Below, piece by piece: positions 53,897 to 64,000 of a stretch of 64,000 bases of DNA. Numbering within the stretch: position 1 is the stretch's first letter; every line of letters starts with the position of its first letter. The notes under the pieces are model-generated. The model ran no database searches and had not been told where the DNA came from. It saw only the letters and a list, made by a program, of their open reading frames with translations. Made by a program: the position numbers and the translations under genes. The DNA is from Octopus bimaculoides (taxonomy: Eukaryota), in NCBI RefSeq assembly GCF_001194135.2, contig NC_068999.1, forward strand, positions 49,152,428-49,216,427, in the 5' to 3' direction.

Positions 53897-56586
53897 CAGC
53901 AGTAGCAGTAGCAGTAGTAGCAGTGGCAGTTCTTCGTCTGCGAAAGTACCTGTCACCATTAATCTTGATTCCGAGGAGAAACCAATTAACTTTCGCCGAG
54001 AAAGTGTTATAAAGATTGGCAAAAGACTTGACAAAATGACGCCCGAGGACACCCTCCCCTCGAAGAAACCTGGTGACAACAAGGAGAGCAGTTCAAGCAC
54101 TTCCAAAGAACAGTCAGGTTCTAGCGGAAAGGAATCAAAAGATATCGGTCAGTCCAAGCCCGTTGCTCCGATAGATCTGAGTAATAAGAACAGAGACGGT
54201 GGTGGAAGCATTGTCAGCTCAAGTTCCAGTTCAAGCCAGTTGCTTAAAATTGCGGATAAACTTCATGCTAAGAATTTGTGCAAACAGAATGAAGGAAAGG
54301 ATGACAATAAAACAGTTGTGAACAGTAGTAAAGATGTTAGCAAAAAGGCGGAAGGCAAGGATATCGGTAAAGAAGAAAAGAAAGAAAAGCAGGAATCTGG
54401 TTCTTTGTCTGATACGAAATCTGTCCAGGAACCATCAAAATCCACAGAGAGCCGACCACCATCTGATACAAAACAAAAGCAGCCTACTGAGAAATCAAGT
54501 GAAACATCATCTTTAAAATCATCCGGTTCCAGTAGTGATAAGAATGTCAAAGAAAACAAGGAATCCAGTAGTTCCAAGAAACTTTCCAAAGACATAAGTG
54601 AGAAAGATAAGTCAGCCTCTGATGTGAGAAAAGACAGTTTGAAATCTCAAAGTAAACCGAAATCTGATGATAGTGGCAGTGATGTTTCTAAGAAGTTAGA
54701 TGAAAAGAAGTTAGAGAAAGGGGATGACGCATCAAAGAAAGAGACGAGTGGCGCAGGAGAAGTAAATGCGAAATCCAAGAAAGACGACAACGCATCCGGT
54801 TCTTCAAATGACTCAAATATCCGTACTGAATTAAAAACTAGCAAGAAGGGAGAAGAGAAACTGAAGACTAAGGCCGCTGAGGTTCCTAGTGACGATGAAG
54901 ACAGTTCAGAAGTGGTAGACAGTGCCAGCAATTCAGAAAAGAAGACCTCTTCTGAAGACAAAAATAAAGAGCCTGAAAATAAAGAGAATCTTAAAAGTAG
55001 TTGTTCAAAGCAATCTGAGGAGAAAAAAGCGGAGAGCATTCCCAAATCTGAGGGGGCTGCCGAATCATCGAAAGATAAGAAGTCAGTTGTCTCAGAAGTA
55101 TCCAACCAAAGTAAGGGCACAGAGAAAGATGTCTCCGAAGAGAAAACTGAGAAAAAAGTTGCTAAAAGGAAGTTGTCCCTAAGTAAGCCAGAGTGTGGAG
55201 GAGATGAGTTGGATAATCAAAAAGAAGACCCAGTTGACAAACTACAGAAAAGCAGTGATTATTTAGATGAAGATAAAGAGCAGCAGTTGGCATCATCAGC
55301 TAAATGTGATAGAACAAACGAGAAATCTAATGCAACTTCTTTGGATGGGGATGCTGGCAAGGAAGAAGAAATGCTACCTGATGATGGTGCCGATGACAAG
55401 AACGATTGTTCTCGAATGCGTAAAAGGAAAGCATCTGATAAACCACCAATAACGCTACCTTCTGCTAAAAATGAAAGGAAAGTAACCCCTGAAGAATCTT
55501 CTGTTAATGCTCAGACAGAGGAACATTCTGAGCAAAGAACTGAGGAATTAGACGCAGCTGTTTCTAAGGCAGAGGCTGACGGCTCTGTGAAAGAGGCTGA
55601 CGACTCTGTGAAAGAGGCTGACAGCTCTGCAAAAGAAGCTGATAGTTCTGTTAAAAAAACTGATGATTCTGCAAAAGATGCTGATAGTTCTGTGAAAGAA
55701 GCTGGCAGTGATGCCGAAGAGGGTAATCTTCGGTCATCTCGTCGACTTCGGGCAAGGAGAAAACAGAGTTACGCTCCTCCTCCTGCACCAGAAGCTGAGA
55801 AGAAAAAGAAAGGCAAGGAGTCGACGGTGAATGGCAATAGCGGCACTACTGAAAGTGAAGACGCTGCAGATGCGAAACGAACTCGATCTCGGAGGCGAAC
55901 AGAGGCTGAGCTAGTGTGTACAGATTTAATCATTCCCGATGATGAGAAGCGGACGCGGGGCAAGAAACGTCAAAACAGCCTCCTTGAGGACTTTGCCGGT
56001 GCGGAGGAGACACCTGAAGAAATCGAGCCTAAAAAGGCCAAGAACTCCAAAAACTTTCGCAAAACTAGAACACGCTTGAAAGACGGAGACGATATGCTGA
56101 GTTCACAGTCAGACAGTGATGATATGCCTTTGAGTAAAGTGACAAAAGGTCGCAAAAATATTTCCAGAGGCAAAGGACGCAACAAAAATTCTCGGCAGCC
56201 ATTAACAGTCCTCGAAGATTCAGCTTCTGCTTCTCCTACTAGAAAAAGCTCTCGCAACGTTAAGGTAGGTGTCGCAATATTTTAGCTCTCTCTTTTTTAT
56301 TTGTATTTGTTTTTTTTTACTCCTTTCTGTTACTGGACTGCGATCATGCTGGGGCACCATCTTGAAGAATTTAGTTGAATAAATCGCCTAGAGTATCTAA
56401 GTTTTTTTTTTTTTTCTTTTGTTAAACTGGGTTCTTATTCTGTTGGTCTCTTTTGCTGAACTGCTAATTTACAGGGATATAAACAAACCAGCACCAGTTG
56501 TCAAGTTGTGAGAGGACAAACAAAAAGACATGTTCACCTAGATGTGGGTATACAGACAGACAGACACAGAAATACATACACACACA

Positions 56587-56619
<33 letters not shown>

Positions 56620-57183
56620 NNNNNNNNNNCCAATATGTGTTTTCTGTTAAATTATTCTTTTACTAATCTCAGTCACTGGATTGTGGCCATGCTGGGGCAA
56701 ATCCTTCAAAGAAGCTAGTTAGTAATATTGACTGTATTACTTAAGTGGTATTCATTTTATTAAAAAGATGAAAGGGAAAATCAACTTGGACAGGCTTTGA
56801 ATTCTGATGACGAAGGGGCAGACCACAAGCTGTTTTGTTTGACACACTCCCAAATCTGCCAAACATTCCCCACTGGAGTTGATAAAATTAACTACCAGTC
56901 TTGCACTGAGGGTGATTCAATTACTTACATGCCCGTCTGTCTAAATTTGCAAAAGGGCTAGTTATGTATTGGCTATATCTCCCTCATCACTTTGCAGCCT
57001 TGTGCCAGTGTTTGAAGCCACTACTACTACTACTACGACGCCCAATCTTCCAAGTTCTTTTACAGGGCTTAAAAAACTGAAAAACGTGTGTGAATCTGAG
57101 AGGGGAATATGTTTAATAAAATCATAATTAACCGATCTTTCTGTATTTTCTGTTACCCAAAACTAGGAATTCTTCAGCTGTTC

Positions 57184-57278
<95 letters not shown>

Positions 57279-60200
57279 TTATAAACAGATATATGTATAG
57301 GTGTACACATACAAGGGGCTGCTGAAAAGTTCCTGGTTTTAAGTGTATCCCAAATGGCCTAGTTGGAGACCCAACCTTCCAAGTTCTTTTACAGGGCTTA
57401 GAAAAATTGGCAGACTGCTACAATAAGTGTGTGACTCTGAGAGAGAATATGTTGAATAATTAAATGATCCTCCTGTATTTTCTTTTACCCAAAGCCAGGA
57501 ACTTTCCAGCACACCCTTGTATATGACTATGTATGTTATAAGCTGTTGCATTCATTTCTGTTGTGACTGAATGTCTTTCATATTCTTCAGAAAAAAGACT
57601 ACGATGATGGTGACTACGAGGCTTGTCTGACAGGACGGTACTCAACCAACGGGCGTGGCAAGCAAGGGCGAGGTGCCGTTGCAGTTTCAGTTAAGGGCAA
57701 GAAGCAGGGCAAGAAGCGCAGCAGCTCCGTCGAGTCTGACAAGTGGGTGTCGGACAAAACGGAGGAAGAAGAGGAAGAAGAAGATGACGACGAGGAAGAG
57801 GAGCTGTTCGTTGGAGAACTGCTCCGTAGGAGTACTCGCGTACGCCGTCCGGTTGGTACCAAGAACAAGTTGCTCTGCCTTGGCACTTCCAGCGATGAAT
57901 GCAAATCGGAAGAGACCAATGAAGATGACACGAGTGACGAAGAGTTCCTGCTACCAAAGGGCAGAAATGCTCGGAGAGCTGCGGCACGATCAGGTCTGTA
58001 TATATATGTGTATATATATATATGTATATATCATCATCATCATCATTTAACGTCTGCTTTCCATGTTGGCATGGGTTTGACGGTTTGACAGAGGGCTGGC
58101 AAGCCAGAAGGCTGCACGAAGCTCCAATCCGATCTGGTAAAGTTTGTACAGCTGGATGCCCTTCCTAATGCCAACCACTCCGAGAGTGTAGTGGGTGCTC
58201 TTTACATGCCACTGGCACGGGGGCCAGTCAGGCAGTACTGGCATCGAACATGCTTGAATTTGTGCTTTTTACGTGCAAGCTGGCAGAATCATTAGCATGC
58301 TGGACAAAATGGTTAGCGGCATTTCATGTCTTCACATTCAAAGTTCAAATTCTGTTGGGGATGACTTTGCTTTTACCCTTTCGGGGTCAATAAAATTAGT
58401 ATGAGTTGCTGTAATTGATTTACCCCACTCCCCTGAAATTGCTGACCTCGTGCCAAAATGCCAAGCCAATATTCATAGGGTGGTGAGCTGGCAGAATTGG
58501 TAGCATGCCAGGCAAAATGCTTAGCGACATTTCGTCCATCTTGACACTTTAAGTTCAAATTCCACCGAGGTTGACTTTGCCTTTCATCCCTTCGGGTTCA
58601 ATAAAATTAGTACCAGTTGAATACTGAGGTCAATGTGACTTACCCCTTCTCCCAAATTTACTGGCATTGTGTCAAAGTGTATAAAAAAAAGGTGGGTGGG
58701 GATGTACCAACAACTACATAAACACCACAATAACAATGAATATATTTGTTCATAATTTCATATATTCTCAGGTGCTAAAGAAGCTGAAAAGGTAGAAGAT
58801 ACCGAAAACGATAAACCTTGTTCCAAATGTCAGCAATTTGACCGACCAGAAACGGTAAGATTTTATCCTGAATTTTTTTTTCTTTTTCATTTAAAAAAAA
58901 AAAATTTTTTTGTTGGTGTCATTCACCTCCAATCAAATAGATTAACTCCATGGCAGTTATAGGTAATTTGACACTTTGGTTATTATTCATTTCATTGGAA
59001 AGTTTGTGGAAACTGTGTGAACCAAATGCATTTGTTCCTATGCACTGCCTGGTTCATGAATCGAAATTTACAATTTTCCAATGGTTAGAGCAGCATTTCT
59101 CAACTGGGGTTTCCCGGAACCCTAGGGTCCCACAAAAGGTTCCTATGGGTTCCGCAAGAAAGAGTGAGATAAGCTAATGCTAATTTCATGATCGTAATAT
59201 TACTATACATGCACAACATATTATTGGTTATTGTAAGATAGACGTCATCCTATCTAACCTAATATGTTATGAAAAGGATATAACAACCACACACACACAC
59301 ACACACACATGATATTTACCCATGAACTATGATGAAAAAAATATGAGAAAGATATAGTATATAATTTTTTTTGTGCAGGGGTTCCTTGAGACATGTAATT
59401 TATTTTAAGGGTTACGCAATGGTAAAAAGATTGAGAAACACTGGGTTAGAGTGTCAGGCTCACAATAATGAGGTAGTGAATTCGATTCGTGGACCAGGCT
59501 GTGCATTTTGTTTGTTGTGAGCAAGACACTTTATTTCACGTTGCTTCAGTTCACTCAGCTGTAGAAATGAGTTGTGACATCACTGGTGCCAAGCTGTATC
59601 AGCCTTTGCCTTTCCCTTGGATAACATTGGTGGTGTGAAGAAGGAAAGCTGGTATGCACGGGCGAGTACCGGTCTTCCATATACAACCTTGTCCGGACCT
59701 GTTCCTCAGAGGGGAACTTTCTAGGTGCAATCCCATGGTCATTCATGACTGAAGGGGATCTTTATCCTTTGTCTTAGATGAACAGTTAAAGAGCTGAAGG
59801 TTTTCATCTGTCCCGGGTCCATTGGGGTGTCTGAGTGACTTTCTTCACTGCAAGGAACAACTTGATTGCTCTGGCACAAGTTTTCATATTTTGTATTCTG
59901 ATTCTTTTCCAGATCCTGCTCTGCGACAAGTGTGATGCTGGTTATCACACTCTCTGCATCCNNNNNNNNNNNNNNNNNNNNNNNNNNNNNNNNNNNNNNN
60001 NNNNNNNNNNNNNNNNNNNNNNNNNNNNNNNNNNNNNNNNNNNNNNNNNNNNNNNNNNNNNNNNNNNNNNNNNNNNNNNNNNNNNNNNNNNNNNNNNNNN
60101 NNNNNNNNNNNNNNNNNNNNNNNNNNNNNNNNNNGGGAATCAAGCTATTAAAGATTCTTGGGTGTGTGTGTGTGTGTGTGTGTAAGACCACAGGAACAGT

Positions 60201-62795
60201 TGTGTCAGCAAAAGAATGTTTGCCTCGACGGAAAGAGGCATTGATTGATGTTTTCAAATGAATCATTAGTGGACATGAGCTTAATGAATTCGTTAATTAC
60301 TTGGCAATGTCACTGGTTTAAAAGAAAAGTTTTAAGTCTTTAAAGTTGTATTTGAAAATGAAAGAAAAGAAAAAAAAAACTAATGATAATCTTTTTGTCA
60401 TTTTTGTTTTGAAAACTTCCAGTTGGATGTTTATTGATTTAAAAAAAAAAAAAATGTATTTTTATTCTTTTCACCTTCAGACATTGTTTCACAACTAGAT
60501 TTGTATCTATTATTGTTCACACATATGTGCAGTATAGAGAAAATAGAGTGATGGGCCTTGCCCAGTGTTCAAAACAAAAGTAACGTTTTTTAATTTTTTT
60601 TTACTTACTTGACTGCTGCTAATGGTCCAGCGCTTTACTTTTACAATTATTGTTACTTCATACACATCTGATGGTCTATTTCCTCAGTCTTTGCCTTGTG
60701 AGTGGATTTAGCGGATGGAAACTGAAAGAAGCTTGTGTATCTGTGTGTGTTAGTGTGTACCCTTGTTTTTGACATATGATATTACAAACAAGCATCACCA
60801 TCATATAAATGATGTTTCCAGTCTTCTGCAGAAAAACATATCTGGCTATGGGAAATATTACCTTACTCAAAAAATAGGTGAGGGTTGGCAACAGGAAGGG
60901 CGTCCAGCTGTAGAAATCATGCCTCAGCAAATTCCACCTTACTCGTGCAAGCATGTAAATGTGGACGTTAAATGATGATTATGATGACGATATCTACATG
61001 CACATGTACGCTTATTGGTTTTGAAGAAAGACAGCATGCTTTTCTCAGACACTAGGGATTTAATTTTCAATTGAAATCATCTCCCTTTGGTATTGGAAAC
61101 TGGGATGTTGCTGTCTTTGTTGTTTAGTTCTCTCCCCTCAAGTCAGCTTTGATTGATCCAGACGCATGTTGAAAGGCATTCTTGCTGTTACCATCTTAGA
61201 ACTTATGCAAACATAGTGTGTCTAAGACCACATTATCCAGTGTGTCCTTCCCTTCTTTTTCAAGACTTTTGGATGTGATTTTATTTTAGGGAGATCTGGC
61301 TGCTATTTCTACCCGACCTGGTGGTTGTGTAAGCTTAACTTTTACTCTCCACGCCTACCCTTCCTACATATGTTAAATGCATAAATTCCTTATGCTTGAA
61401 TACAGTTCTTTTATATGTATTTTTTTCCTTTATTTTTTCCTTAGAAAATGTTATTAGAAAAACTGATGACTAATCTGCAAGAACTTGATCTCCAGTTAAA
61501 GAAAAGGGAAAGATTAATGAAGAGGTAAGTGATTATTGTTATTATGTTGTTGATATAGTTGTTTTGTTGTTTAACCCTAGGTCATGGAGGCGCAATGGCC
61601 CAGTGGTTAGGGCAGCGGACTCGCAGTCATAGGATCGCGATTTCGATTCCCAGACTGGGCGTTGTGAGTGCTTACTGAGCGAAAACACCTAAACCTCCAT
61701 GAGGCTCCGGCAGGGGATGGTGGTGAACCCTGCTGTACTCTTTCACCACAACTTTCTCTCACTCTTAATTCCTGTTTAGGGTACACGTGTCTGTGGAGTG
61801 CTCAGCCACTTGCCCGTTAATTTCACGAGCAGGCTGTTCCGTTGATCGGATCAACTGGAACCCTCAACGTCGTAAGCGACGGAGTGCCAGCAACAACTAA
61901 CCCTAGGCCAAGCGGTGGTAATGCCATTTGCCCTGTTAGTAAAACATCTGCTGATTTACATATTTGAATAATATGTGTTGGATAAAAGATCCCATGCTTG
62001 AGATACAAGGCAAGGGTTCATGGCAGCAGAAAGAGCATCATGCCTCAATAACATACTCATCTAACACATGCTAACATGGAAAAAACAAATGAATGGTTGT
62101 TGTTGCTGTTGTAGCAGCCAGCAGCAAAATGCTGGGCAAAATATGCTTAGCATGGTATTTCTTCTTACCACGCACCTACACCTGCACCTACTTTCTCAAG
62201 TTTCATATGAAAAAGAAAATGAGGGTGGAAATGGAAGGTGCTGCTTCCTAGCAAATTCATTGAAAGGTGGATGAGAGCAGTGAGCATGGACTGGAGCAGC
62301 AGGCTGCCTCAGAGCCTGCTCCTGTCGATAGGTGGACAATTGGGGGTGGGTGGAGATGGACGAGCACTTATCTTCAGTGGTCAGAGTTACCATGGTTTTG
62401 TGGGGCTTCCACAAGAAAACCCTTGAAGATCTGCCTTCTTTTAGGGAATTCCCTTAACCCTTTCTATTTCCCATTTTTACTATTTTTTTATGCTTCATTC
62501 TGTACTGTCCTTGATGTCTTTTGTCAACCATTGTGGTACATTATTACTAATATAATTGTGTGCTCACACACACATTGACATACATATGCACATACATACA
62601 TACCTACATTCATATATACATATATACATGATATTTCTTGCATTGGTTTTCCCATAATGTAGGTTTCTCTTTTCTACTAAAATTTTGTATGTAGTGAAAT
62701 TGACTTGATTTATTTATTTTTTTTCCATCATTTTTGTTCCTTGCAGAAAGGAAAGGCTGGCTTTTGTTGGTATTAGCTTGGATAATATTTTATCT
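25662..62795 (+). CDS. RSF1: Remodeling and spacing factor 1, multi-exon, 3' part beyond the window
   Basis: 12 exons with canonical GT-AG boundaries and consistent phases (exon 10 donor lies in a gap) join into one frame; 1701 codons through exon 9. Motifs match animal RSF1 as I recall it: [58 protein letters not shown]-x2-C...[29 protein letters not shown]. Confidence 0.95.
28129..28480. other. Assembly gap
   Basis: Run of N; other gaps at 17337-17402, 21336-21345, 31084-31093, 37768-37784, 42680-42704, 56620-56629 and 59962-60134. Confidence 0.99.
28495..28888 (+). mobile_element. SINE family B1
   Basis: Head, core, (TA/TG)n and tail. Confidence 0.8.
30677..30892 (+). mobile_element. SINE family A, preceded by (ATT)n
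   Basis: Matches 44375-44605; other copies at 9024-9185, 9196-9412, 47787-48002, 58278-58460, 58480-58680 (+) and 10245-10455 (-). Confidence 0.82.
30895..31390 (-). mobile_element. RTE-clade LINE 3' fragment (pseudogenised ORF2 end)
   Basis: Translation [19 protein letters not shown] followed by a degenerate C-terminal region; frameshifted. Confidence 0.75.
32435..32845 (-). mobile_element. SINE family B1 with internal 44 bp tandem duplication (32675-32772)
   Basis: CAAGGTGCTG recurs at 32675, 32719 and 32763. Confidence 0.7.
33437..33650. mobile_element. piggyBac-like MITE (TTAA-CCCTTT...AAAGGG-TTAA)
   Basis: TTAA on both sides and CCCTTT termini. Confidence 0.78.
35075..35470 (-). mobile_element. 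SINE family B1
   Basis: Matches the family consensus; similar copies at 40230-40545 (-), 33150-33420 (+) and 56320-56600 (-). Confidence 0.78.
35642..36050. mobile_element. Two piggyBac-like MITEs, one nested in the other in inverted orientation
   Basis: About 210 bp family TTAACCCTTTAGCATT...AATGCTAAAGGGTTAA; other copies at 18200-18373, 34086-34295 and tandem 41298-41764. Confidence 0.8.
37276..37307 (-). repeat. Short interstitial (TTAGGG)-like repeat
   Basis: CCTAACCCTCACCCTAACCCTAACCCTCACC. Confidence 0.55.
37405..37734. mobile_element. hAT-type MITE nested in a B1 SINE
   Basis: TIR CAGTGGTTCTCAACC/GGTTGAGAATCACTA; degenerate TSD (ATATAGTC/GTTTAGTC); right end of the same family at about 9420-9545. 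Confidence 0.82.
44375..44605 (+). mobile_element. SINE family A (GGCGGCGAGCTGGCAGAATCG... type), young copy with 12 bp TSD
   Basis: AGAAACTTGAAA at 44363-44374 and 44606-44617; CpGs retained. Confidence 0.88.
44684..44945. mobile_element. hAT-type MITE with GAGTC subterminal repeats
   Basis: Perfect 15 bp TIR CAGGGCTGTGGAGTC/GACTCCACAGCCCTG; TSD GTTTGTAC/GTTTCTAT. Confidence 0.85.
44953..45165 (+). mobile_element. SINE family A with 17 bp TSD
   Basis: ATTATGTGATGTTTGTA at 44666-44682 and 45166-45182. Confidence 0.8.
45757..46075 (+). mobile_element. SINE family D (different head, CORE-like middle, family C tail)
   Basis: A/B boxes; CAAGACACTTTAATCCACGTTG; tail GGGTACACGTGTCTGTGGAG...GATCGGATCAACTGGAACCC. 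Confidence 0.72.
46541..46632 (+). CDS. RSF1: RSF1 exon 2 ([31 protein letters not shown])
   Basis: Long pyrimidine tract then TAG acceptor; donor AAG|GTAAGT; 92 nt, phase 1 to 0; intron 1 is 20.7 kb. Confidence 0.93.
46959..47396 (+). mobile_element. SINE family B1
   Basis: Full head, core and tail in RSF1 intron 2. Confidence 0.82.
48326..48418 (+). CDS. RSF1: RSF1 exon 3 ([31 protein letters not shown])
   Basis: Poly-T TACAG acceptor; donor AAG|GTATGT; 93 nt, phase 0 to 0. Confidence 0.93.
48733..49030. repeat. Compound (TA)n/(TATG)n microsatellite
   Basis: Directly visible; many similar tracts (e.g. 605-755, 20945-21050, 26630-26722, 63115-63460). Confidence 0.9.
49055..49183 (+). CDS. 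RSF1: RSF1 exon 4 ([43 protein letters not shown]), WHIM/WSD region
   Basis: ACAG acceptor; donor ATT|GTAAGT; 129 nt; GRD...YW motif. Confidence 0.93.
49375..49770 (-). mobile_element. Degenerate LINE 3' end (RTE-like)
   Basis: Ends [17 protein letters not shown] followed by an (AGTA)-type tail. Confidence 0.5.
50261..50343 (+). CDS. RSF1: RSF1 exon 5 ([28 protein letters not shown])
   Basis: Pyrimidine tract plus CCCAG acceptor; donor CAA|GTAAGG; 83 nt, phase 0 to 2. Confidence 0.9.
50620..51000 (-). mobile_element. RTE-clade LINE ORF2 fragment
   Basis: [23 protein letters not shown] resembles RTE KQLLYGEL...G.PK.RFKD. Confidence 0.65.
51383..51510 (+). CDS. RSF1: RSF1 exon 6 ([42 protein letters not shown])
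   Basis: TTTTAACAG acceptor; donor AAC|GTAAGT; phase 2 to 1 fits both neighbours. Confidence 0.9.
52318..56264 (+). CDS. RSF1: RSF1 exon 7, 3947 nt K/E/D/S-rich disordered linker
   Basis: Uninterrupted ORF (track 52302-56285); TTCCAG acceptor in phase 1; donor AAG|GTAGGT in phase 0. Confidence 0.93.
57310..57521 (+). mobile_element. mariner-derived MITE
   Basis: TA TSD; TIR CAAGGGG..TG..AAAGTTCCTGG; internal transposase C-terminus [21 protein letters not shown]; degenerate second copy at 57036-57185. Confidence 0.75.
57591..57993 (+). CDS. RSF1: RSF1 exon 8 (KKDYDDGDY...[12 protein letters not shown]...RRAAARS)
   Basis: TTCTTCAG acceptor; donor CAG|GTCTGT; open frame; phase 0 to 1. Confidence 0.88.
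58772..58854 (+). CDS. RSF1: RSF1 exon 9, start of PHD finger ([15 protein letters not shown])
   Basis: TTCTCAG acceptor; donor ACG|GTAAGA; C-x2-C. Confidence 0.92.
59091..59443. mobile_element. hAT-type MITE with perfect 8 bp TSD
   Basis: TIR CAGCATTTCTCAA/TTGAGAAACACTG; GGTTAGAG at 59083-59090 and 59444-59451. Confidence 0.88.
59444..59768 (+). mobile_element. SINE family E (CORE-like middle)
   Basis: GAGCAAGACACTTTATTTCACGTTGC...GGTGCCAAGCTGTATC; reverse copies at 29248-29565 and 38705-38885. Confidence 0.78.
59913..59961 (+). CDS. RSF1: RSF1 exon 10, PHD core ([16 protein letters not shown]), truncated by assembly gap
   Basis: TTTTCCAG acceptor; PHD C-x2-C-x3-YH-x2-C; Ns begin at 59962. 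Confidence 0.92.
61445..61524 (+). CDS. RSF1: RSF1 exon 11 ([27 protein letters not shown]), post-PHD helical region
   Basis: TTCCTTAG acceptor; donor GAG|GTAAGT; resembles vertebrate KLLCEKLEEQLQDLDVALKKKER (from memory). Confidence 0.92.
61586..61897 (+). mobile_element. SINE family C (GGAGGCGCAATGGCCCAGTGG head) with 13 bp TSD
   Basis: TAACCCTAGG(T/C)CA on both sides; a 5' half copy at 20718-20875; 3' tail shared with 45963-46075. Confidence 0.85.
62747..62795 (+). CDS. RSF1: RSF1 exon 12 ([16 protein letters not shown])
   Basis: TTGCAG acceptor; donor TCT|GTAAGT; phase 2 to 0; resembles KERLVYVGISIENI (from memory). Confidence 0.92.
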
Positions 62796-63172
62796 GTAAG
62801 TACTGCACTATTTTCTCTTTTAAGGATCCACTAGTAAGTTTATTGCTGTCTAAACATATCATTTAATTGTCCTGTCTTTAGCATTCAATACCTGCTACTA
62901 TGAAACTGCAGCATTTACTGTAACACACTTCAGGACATGATCTTGTGTCCTCTTTTGTGTGTGTGTGTTTGCCTGCTATTTTTTTCCACTGGTTGCTATT
63001 AAAAATAATCTCTGTAATGAAAACTTTTCAAAACTTATTGATTCTTCAGTCTCTGGTAACATTGTGGTATAACATTTTCACCTATATCTGTTGTCACCAT
63101 TAATCATTCACATTGACGCGCACACATGTGTATGTACATGTATGTATCTGTGTGTGTGTTTATGAGTGTATG

Positions 63173-63225
<53 letters not shown>

Positions 63226-63338
63226 AATTATTAATAATAATATTGATAATAATGTTTATGTGTGTATATGTATGTTTGTGTGTGTGTATATGTATGTATG
63301 TATGTGTGTGTATATATGTATATATATGTGTATATGTA

Positions 63339-63380
<42 letters not shown>

Positions 63381-64000
63381 CATACACACATGTACATATG
63401 TATGTGTGTGTATATATATATATGTGTGTGTGTGTATATGTCTATGTATCATATATATATCAAATCATTGTCATCATTTTACATTTGTTTTCTGTGGGTT
63501 GTCACAATCCAAATCATCGCTTATTCGAGGTTAGTACTTACTCAGATGTGGTGGAGGCCCACTTGTTTCTTTCAAAACTACTGCAGATCCTCTGTCATTC
63601 AGGTTTCACTGCCATACAATGTCATTACTCCTATTCATTCTCTCCGAGACAGAGAGAGAGAGAGAGAGTTGGGGTGGTGGCAGAGAGAGAAAAAGAGAAA
63701 GGTTGGGGAGACACTTTATTGTTAATAAATGTAGCAGTTAGCTTTAGCAGTTAACACTAGTTAATGATAGTATAATGGCTTATTGGTTAAAACTTAGCTT
63801 GCCACTGTGTTATTCTGGTATTCGCTCTGTGCAGCCAAGCTTGCTGTACCAGATGTATTGCTATGCTTTTTCTATATAGTATCTTTTTTTTCATATATGA
63901 AAACAGCTGAAATAATTAGTGCAATGTGGTTTACTTTCAGAGTATAGTTTAAGGCCGGAAATGAACTCTTGGGTTTATGATACAGTTCTATCAATGAGCT

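Noticed and set aside
52338-56257. Long antisense and alternate-frame ORFs (up to 327 aa) over exon 7
   Set aside because: S/L/F-rich shadows of purine-rich K/E/D codons; no independent homology signal.
1-64000. CRISPR arrays, rRNA, snoRNA or prokaryotic operons
   Set aside because: No regularly spaced repeats with unique spacers, no rRNA-like sequence, and no convincing C/D or H/ACA box pairs; the DNA is clearly eukaryotic and intron-rich.

Overview
AT-rich, microsatellite-dense animal DNA from a gapped draft assembly, most likely an octopus (inferred from its tRNA-derived SINE families and RTE-type tails; not database-confirmed). One protein-coding gene is well supported: RSF1 (remodeling and spacing factor 1) on the + strand. 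I reconstructed 12 phase-compatible exons from the ATG at 25662 to 62795; the gene continues past the window. It has an N-terminal DDT/WHIM/WSD region, a 3.9 kb charged low-complexity exon, and a PHD finger partly lost in an N gap. The rest is SINEs, RTE LINE remnants, and hAT, piggyBac-like, pogo-like and mariner MITEs, often nested with readable target-site duplications (TSDs). The most interesting signal is a repeat carrying a minimal type I hammerhead ribozyme. It is intact at 1298-1343. At 23925-24300 (- strand) it is CpG-decayed but joined to tandem tRNA-like Pol III heads with a fold-back hairpin, suggesting a tRNA-headed, ribozyme-bearing, Penelope/retrozyme-like retroelement. A more speculative signal is a small spliced transcript divergent from RSF1 (about 21.1-22.4 kb, - strand) with an in-frame UGA and a SECIS-like hairpin.
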